Below are positions 60,501 through 64,000 of a stretch of 64,000 bases of DNA, one piece after another. Position 1 is the stretch's first letter; every line of letters starts with the position of its first letter. The translations under genes and the position numbers were made by a program. The stretch lies in the IMG/VR virus record IMGVR_UViG_3300032331_002826, positions 1-64,000 of that record; one strand, 5' to 3'. The DNA comes from a virus. Below the pieces are notes generated by a model. That model was not told the origin of the DNA. It was given only the letters and a program-made list of their open reading frames with translations, and did no database searches.

Positions 60501-60603
60501 AATTGAAAAAAACACAAACCGTGCTATTATACGCTAAAAAGCAATGCGGCACATGCGCCCAAACCCTTACGGAATCCTCCTATCGGGTGTTTGTGTTTTC
60601 AAT
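60501..60603 (-). ncRNA. Unassigned structured RNA (about 100 nt, three-way junction)
   Basis: Closing helix AAAACACAAAC/GUUUGUGUUUU; inner CCCGA..GUAA-loop..UUGGG and GUGC/GCAC arms. Confidence 0.45.
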
Positions 60604-60759
60604 TGGATGACCGTGACTTGCGAATATATGGGGATTTCACGAAAAACGTTCCTAGTATTGAACAGGACATGATCCACTGTTCACCAGTCTATCCCACCAA
60701 CTTCAGTCTCTTATACCCTCCCACGGGTATCGTGCATTAATTCTATACACCAACGATCA
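60604..60759 (-). ncRNA. tRNA-like RNA with about 85-nt structured insertion in place of the T-loop
   Basis: 7-bp acceptor UGAUCGU/ACGGUCA + U-CCA; D-arm GUGUA/UGCAC; AUACCC-GUGGGA-GGGUAU arm; GACU/AGUC stem enclosing nested hairpins. Confidence 0.6.
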
Positions 60760-60764
60760 AATTT

Positions 60765-61121
60765 TTAATCTCCTTTTTGGAGTCGAATACTATCTTCATC
60801 AAAATGTTGTGTACTGAATTCAAACAACTCAGTGTCTTCAATTGCATACATTTGATGTTTCAGTCCAATTGGAATATGAAAATGGTCACCCTTGTTTAAT
60901 GCAACAGATGTAGACTTATTAATATCATCGTGCCAACCATAATACAATATAATCTTTCCACTTTGGACATAAAATGTTTCATCCTTAATTTTGTGATAGT
61001 GCCAACTACACTTTCGATCCTTCACAAGATAAAGAATCTTGCCACAATACTTTTCATTGTTGACAATCCACTTTTCAAATCCCCATCCCTTCGGTACAAT
61101 ATGTAATCTTTGGTAATCCAT
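60765..61121 (-). CDS. Cupin (mannose-6-phosphate isomerase type II C-terminal-like)
   Basis: PKGWGFEKWI, SWHYHKIKDETFYV, IPIGLKH, EFST. Confidence 0.8.
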   Translation of the reverse strand: MDYQRLHIVPKGWGFEKWIVNNEKYCGKILYLVKDRKCSWHYHKIKDETFYVQSGKIILYYGWHDDINKSTSVALNKGDHFHIPIGLKHQMYAIEDTELFEFSTQHFDEDSIRLQKGD

Positions 61122-61128
61122 AAATTAA

Positions 61129-61416
61129 TTTGACACAGCCGTAGCCGATGTTCTGTTCTATTCCTACATTTATCTCAATATCTCTATTGGTCATCCATTA
61201 AAGATGACTGCTCCAACCTTGTCCTGATAACGTGCAGCACTACACTCGGACACTTTAGGATTACTGCTAATTTGTGGTGTTAACGAGGGGGACTATCACA
61301 ATGAAGTGGTCTTAGCCGATTTGGACTCGGTTTACAATGCCCTCTCCCAATCATCTGCTGTGCAGCATCGAACTTCCTCTAGGATATTATCCCAGCGTAG
61401 GATCGCTTATGTCAAA
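61129..61416 (-). ncRNA. rnpB: RNase P RNA (short, type A-like)
   Basis: P1 UUUGACAUA-A-GC/GCUGUGUCAAA; P2 UCCUAC/GUAGGA; P3 CUGGGAU/AUCCUAG; CR-I GAGGAAGUUCGAUG pairs (P4, bulged U) with CR-V ACAGAACAUCGGCUA; CR-IV AGAUAAAUG; GAGA-capped P18. Confidence 0.85.
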
Positions 61417-61438
61417 ATTTCAGTCAGTGTTTGATAAA

Positions 61439-61657
61439 CTATTGCTTTGCAAACAAATGCAGATTCTCTGCTTTCAACGTATCCATTTGTTTTTCTATGA
61501 CTTTGCGTTTTGTAACGTCATTTGTTTTCTCCCATTTTACCACAAGCGAACTGTATTGCTTGCGATACTTTTCAATGGTGAGTTTTTTGGTTACGTTGTC
61601 TGCGCCAAATGCATTCAATGCAAGTGTCAATACGATTGTTGCTAGAATTGTTTTCAT
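61439..61657 (-). CDS. Small secreted protein (signal peptide)
   Basis: MKTILATIVLTLALNAFG-AD...; the longer track start overlaps tRNA-Pro. Confidence 0.65.
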   Translation of the reverse strand: MKTILATIVLTLALNAFGADNVTKKLTIEKYRKQYSSLVVKWEKTNDVTKRKVIEKQMDTLKAENLHLFAKQ

Positions 61658-61684
61658 ATGTTCAACAATACATATTGATGAAAG

Positions 61685-61760
61685 TGGTCGGAGTGGAGAA
61701 TTTCGCAATCTCAACCTCCTGTCTCCAAAACAGGCCGTCTACTTTTGACATTACACTCCG
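61685..61760 (-). tRNA. tRNA-Pro(TGG), atypical (A18, G55, A37)
   Basis: CGGAGUG/CACUCCG-A-CCA; CCUGU-UUUGGAG-ACAGG; T-loop UGCGAAA. Confidence 0.85.
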
Positions 61761-61768
61761 ATAAAAAT

Positions 61769-61842
61769 TGGCAGGGGATAAGGGAATCGAACCCCTACAA
61801 AGGGCTTCAAAGGCCCCCGCACTACCATTATGCAAATCCCCA
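61769..61842 (-). tRNA. tRNA-Gln(TTG)
   Basis: Cloverleaf, CU-UUG-AA, U1-U72 mismatch, G73-CCA. Confidence 0.92.
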
Positions 61843-61851
61843 GTTCTAAAT

Positions 61852-61942
61852 TGGCGGTGAGGGAGGGATTCGAACCCTCGGTGGTTTTTTAGTCCACAAC
61901 AGTTTAGCAAACTGTCTCTTTAGACCACTCAGACACCTCACC
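61852..61942 (-). tRNA. tRNA-Ser(GCT)
   Basis: Long variable arm, UU-GCU-AA, G73-CCA. Confidence 0.95.
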
Positions 61943-62024
61943 GTAAAATATTTGACATCTCCGATTTCTTCAAGGGACGATTTTATCAGTCCTCGGCTCT
62001 AAGTCAAGTAGAGTTGTATTAAAT

Positions 62025-62112
62025 TGGAGGAGAGAGAGGGATTCGAACCCCCGGAGGCTTTCACCCCTACGGTTTTCAAGACCGTCGCCTTAGACCACTC
62101 AGCCACCTCTCC
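62025..62112 (-). tRNA. tRNA-Ser(TGA)
   Basis: Long variable arm, CU-UGA-AA, CCA. Confidence 0.95.
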
Positions 62113-62132
62113 ATTTTGAAAGAACTATATGT

Positions 62133-62160
62133 AGTATAAACACAAACGTGTTGATGTCAA
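62133..62160 (-). promoter_or_regulatory. Sigma70-type promoter TTGACA-N16-TATACT
   Basis: Near-consensus boxes upstream of tRNA-Ser. Confidence 0.75.
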
Positions 62161-62176
62161 CTACAAACTAAATTTT

Positions 62177-62274
62177 CTACCGTTTAAAGCCGTCTTACCA
62201 TTCAAATAAATTTGAATGCGTCTAAGCAGGGTTTTCGCCCCTCGTTCACCATATGGTGAATACGTCTAAACTAG
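62177..62274 (-). ncRNA. Unassigned four-way-junction structured RNA (about 98 nt)
   Basis: Closing GUUUAGA..CGU/ACG..UUUAAAC; hairpins UUCACC-AUAU-GGUGAA, AGGG..CCCU and CAUUCAAA/UUUGAAUG. Confidence 0.5.
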
Positions 62275-62280
62275 CAAAAT

Positions 62281-62356
62281 TGGTGGACCAGGTGAGAATC
62301 GAACTCACAACAGATTGCTTGCAAAGCAGTCTCGCTCCCTTAGAACATGCCAGCCC
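62281..62356 (-). tRNA. tRNA-Ala(TGC), divergent second copy
   Basis: G3:U70, UU-UGC-AA, CCA; irregular D-arm. Confidence 0.85.
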
Positions 62357-62364
62357 GTAAAATT

Positions 62365-62451
62365 TGGTGGGTGTAGAGGGACTTGCACCCCCATGCCTTT
62401 CGGCAGCTCGTTTTAAGTGAGCCGTGTATACTAATTCCAAACCATACACCC
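62365..62451 (-). tRNA. tRNA-Leu(TAA), A18/G55
   Basis: CU-UAA-AA; variable arm UGCC-GAAA-GGCA; T-loop UGCAAGU. Confidence 0.88.
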
Positions 62452-62463
62452 GTTATCTAAACT

Positions 62464-62541
62464 TGGTAGCTACGACTGGATTCGAACCAGCACTATTCTA
62501 TTTTTGAGATAGACGACTCCTCCCAATTGGTCTACGTAGCC
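62464..62541 (-). tRNA. tRNA-Leu(CAA), short variable loop
   Basis: UCUAU-CUCAAAA-AUAGA; 5-nt variable loop; A73-CCA. Confidence 0.88.
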
Positions 62542-62551
62542 ATTAAAAATT

Positions 62552-62635
62552 TGGTCGGCATGATAGGACTTGCACCTACACCCCTTTCGGGACGAGCTTC
62601 TAAGACTCGCATGGCTTCTATTACATCACATGCCG
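62552..62635 (-). tRNA. tRNA-Leu(TAG), A18/G55
   Basis: CU-UAG-AA; variable arm UCCC-GAAA-GGGG; T-loop UGCAAGU. Confidence 0.88.
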
Positions 62636-62638
62636 ATT

Positions 62639-62716
62639 TGGTGGCGACGACAGGATTCGAACCTGCACTACCGGAGTTCTCAACCCCGTGACTCCTTCCA
62701 GTTGGTCTACGTCACC
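62639..62716 (-). tRNA. tRNA-Leu(GAG), short variable loop
   Basis: CGGGG-UUGAGAA-CUCCG; 5-nt variable loop; A73-CCA. Confidence 0.88.
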
Positions 62717-62734
62717 ATATCAAAGATCAAAAAT

Positions 62735-62808
62735 TGGTCGGCCACGTCAGAATTGAACTGACTCTCTATGCTCCCAAAGCACACGTGCTACCGTAACACT
62801 TGTGACCG
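62735..62808 (-). tRNA. tRNA-Pro(TGG), second copy
   Basis: UGUGC-UUUGGGA-GCAUA; C1-G72; A73-CCA. Confidence 0.88.
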
Positions 62809-62815
62809 ATTAAAA

Positions 62816-62893
62816 TGGTCGGAGTGACAGGATTTGAACCTGCAACTTCTTGCTCCCAAAGCAAGCGCTCTAGCCAAGTTGAGCTACACTCCG
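62816..62893 (-). tRNA. tRNA-Pro(TGG), canonical third copy
   Basis: CUUGC-UUUGGGA-GCAAG; canonical arms; CCA. Confidence 0.95.
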
Positions 62894-62902
62894 ATAATAC
62901 TG

Positions 62903-63082
62903 TTACTCTACATTCAACAACTTCAAATACTTATTCTCAGGTTCAGGGAAGATACTGTCAGCAACCTTCTTGATTGCCATGTAGTAACTATACGTTGGAA
63001 ACCTCTCCAACATCATCCTGTTTCTAAGGTACTCGAACTGTACCTCGTTGTCAACATCATTCTTCAAGTTGTAATCAGACAT
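62903..63082 (-). CDS. Small hypothetical protein (59 aa) inside tRNA array
   Basis: MSDYNLKNDVDNEVQFEYLRNRMMLERFPTYSYYMAIKKVADSIFPEPENKYLKLLNVE; fills the gap between two tRNAs. Confidence 0.55.
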   Translation of the reverse strand: MSDYNLKNDVDNEVQFEYLRNRMMLERFPTYSYYMAIKKVADSIFPEPENKYLKLLNVE

Positions 63083-63100
63083 ATTTTCTTTTGTTAAAAA

Positions 63101-63176
63101 TGGTACGTGGGGAGGGACTCGAACCCCCGATAGGCACGGTGTAAACGTGCTACTTTGGCCACTAAGCTACCCACGC
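63101..63176 (-). tRNA. tRNA-Val(TAC)
   Basis: GCACG-UUUACAC-CGUGC; A73-CCA. Confidence 0.93.
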
Positions 63177-63193
63177 ATCTCAGTTGTTCATAC

Positions 63194-63221
63194 ATACTAA
63201 CACCAAATTTCAAATTGTCAA
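63194..63221 (-). promoter_or_regulatory. Sigma70-type promoter TTGACA-N16-TAGTAT driving the tRNA array
   Basis: Perfect -35 box, TGn-extended -10 box. Confidence 0.7.
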
Positions 63222-63230
63222 GGAACTATG

Positions 63231-63268
63231 AAAAAGAAAAAACCGTTGGTTTTTAGACCAACGGTTTT
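63231..63268 (-). terminator. Rho-independent terminator
   Basis: aaaaccgttggt-ttttag-accaacggtttt followed by a U-tract on the minus strand. Confidence 0.85.
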
Positions 63269-63284
63269 GAAACTTACCTTCAAC

Positions 63285-63354
63285 CGTCGATCCGTCTAGC
63301 CGAGGCTAGGTTGTGGGGCAGCACTTAGAAGTGCTGAGACCAAACTGGATGACG
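63285..63354. ncRNA. Unassigned GC-rich structured RNA (about 70 nt)
   Basis: CGTC-G-ATCC/GGAT-GACG closing; CTAGC/GCTAG and CAGCACT/AGTGCTG hairpins; lies between a late-type motif (near 63377) and a terminator. Confidence 0.45.
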
Positions 63355-63393
63355 ACAACTGAATGTTCATACGACAATACATATCACGAAAAA

Positions 63394-64000
63394 TTAAAAA
63401 CGTACATTATTTTTGAACCAACTATATGTTTTTTCAAGACCGTCCTTCAAATTTGTTTTTGGCTTCCATCCCATAGAACAAATTCTGGACGAGTCCATTA
63501 GCTTACGAGGAGTTCCATCTGGCTTTGCTGTATCCCACACAACTTCACCTTCATATCCCACCACGTCTTTGACCAAATAAACTGCTTCTCGTATAGACAA
63601 ATCAGATCCATACCCAACATTGATGTGAAGTGAACCATCATAGTTGTTCATTAAAAACAAACAAGCATCTGCCAAATCATCCACGTAAAGAAACTCTCTC
63701 AACGGAGATCCAGTTCCCCAACAAACCACCTCCGGTTTGTTGTTTATTTTAGCTTCATGAAACTTACGAATCAATGCTGGCAACACATGTGAACTCGTCA
63801 AATCAAAGTTGTCGTTGTCACCGTACAAATTACAAGGCATGGCAGAAATGTAGTTGCTTCCATACTGATGTTTGTATGACTGACACATCTTGATGCCTGC
63901 GATCTTTGCGATGGCATAGGCATCGTTTGTTGGTTCAAGCAGTCCTGTGAGTAGATGTTCCTCTTTAATCGGCTGTGGAGCGAATTTAGGATAGATACAA
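63394..64000 (-). CDS. fcl: GDP-L-fucose synthase (5'-truncated by window edge)
   Basis: [14 protein letters not shown]...[15 protein letters not shown] (YxxxK), [49 protein letters not shown]. Confidence 0.95.
   Translation of the reverse strand, partial: CIYPKFAPQPIKEEHLLTGLLEPTNDAYAIAKIAGIKMCQSYKHQYGSNYISAMPCNLYGDNDNFDLTSSHVLPALIRKFHEAKINNKPEVVCWGTGSPLREFLYVDDLADACLFLMNNYDGSLHINVGYGSDLSIREAVYLVKDVVGYEGEVVWDTAKPDGTPRKLMDSSRICSMGWKPKTNLKDGLEKTYSWFKNNVRF

Noticed and set aside
60604-60759. Ordinary tRNA (His or Pro) or second tmRNA
   Set aside because: Anticodon loop is 6 nt (or 8 nt), and there is no canonical T-loop, G3:U70 or tag ORF; kept as a tRNA-like ncRNA instead
61952-62007. Hammerhead ribozyme (CUGAUAA...GAAA), and a similar partial match at 58750-58910
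   Set aside because: Core deviates from CUGANGA, and the stems are not arranged around the core as required

Overview
AT-rich segment of a large T4-like (jumbo/huge) myophage genome, with almost all genes on the minus strand. In transcription order (right to left) it holds: (1) a partial GDP-fucose synthase. (2) An RNA-gene island (about 58.7-63.4 kb) with 14 CCA-encoded tRNAs, a tmRNA, an RNase P RNA, a tRNA-like RNA carrying a large insertion, and several unassigned structured RNAs. (3) Glycan-modifying and accessory enzymes: GT2-TPR, GT60-like GlcNAc transferase, sulfotransferase, two methyltransferases, cupins, PhoH and an HD hydrolase. (4) A gp55-like late sigma factor. (5) A baseplate/tail module: gp5-, gp25- and gp6-like proteins, a PA14+Hint protein and an FG-GAP protein. 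(6) RuvC, primase and a fused SbcD-SbcC (gp47-gp46). (7) Terminase, portal, prohead protease, scaffold and major capsid protein. (8) A late cassette with an Acb1/gp57B-like 2H phosphodiesterase and a Gp88-like Cys-motif protein. (9) Neck and tail-completion genes, and a Gly-Ser-Ser collagen-like fibre gene that runs off the left edge. The most notable signals are the phage RNase P RNA with a reduced specificity domain beside tRNAs with co-varied A18/G55 elbows, the unassigned structured RNAs, a shared head-propeptide-like N-terminus on putative injected enzymes, and a probable virion glycosylation pathway. All assignments come from manual motif and structure reading; no database searches were run.
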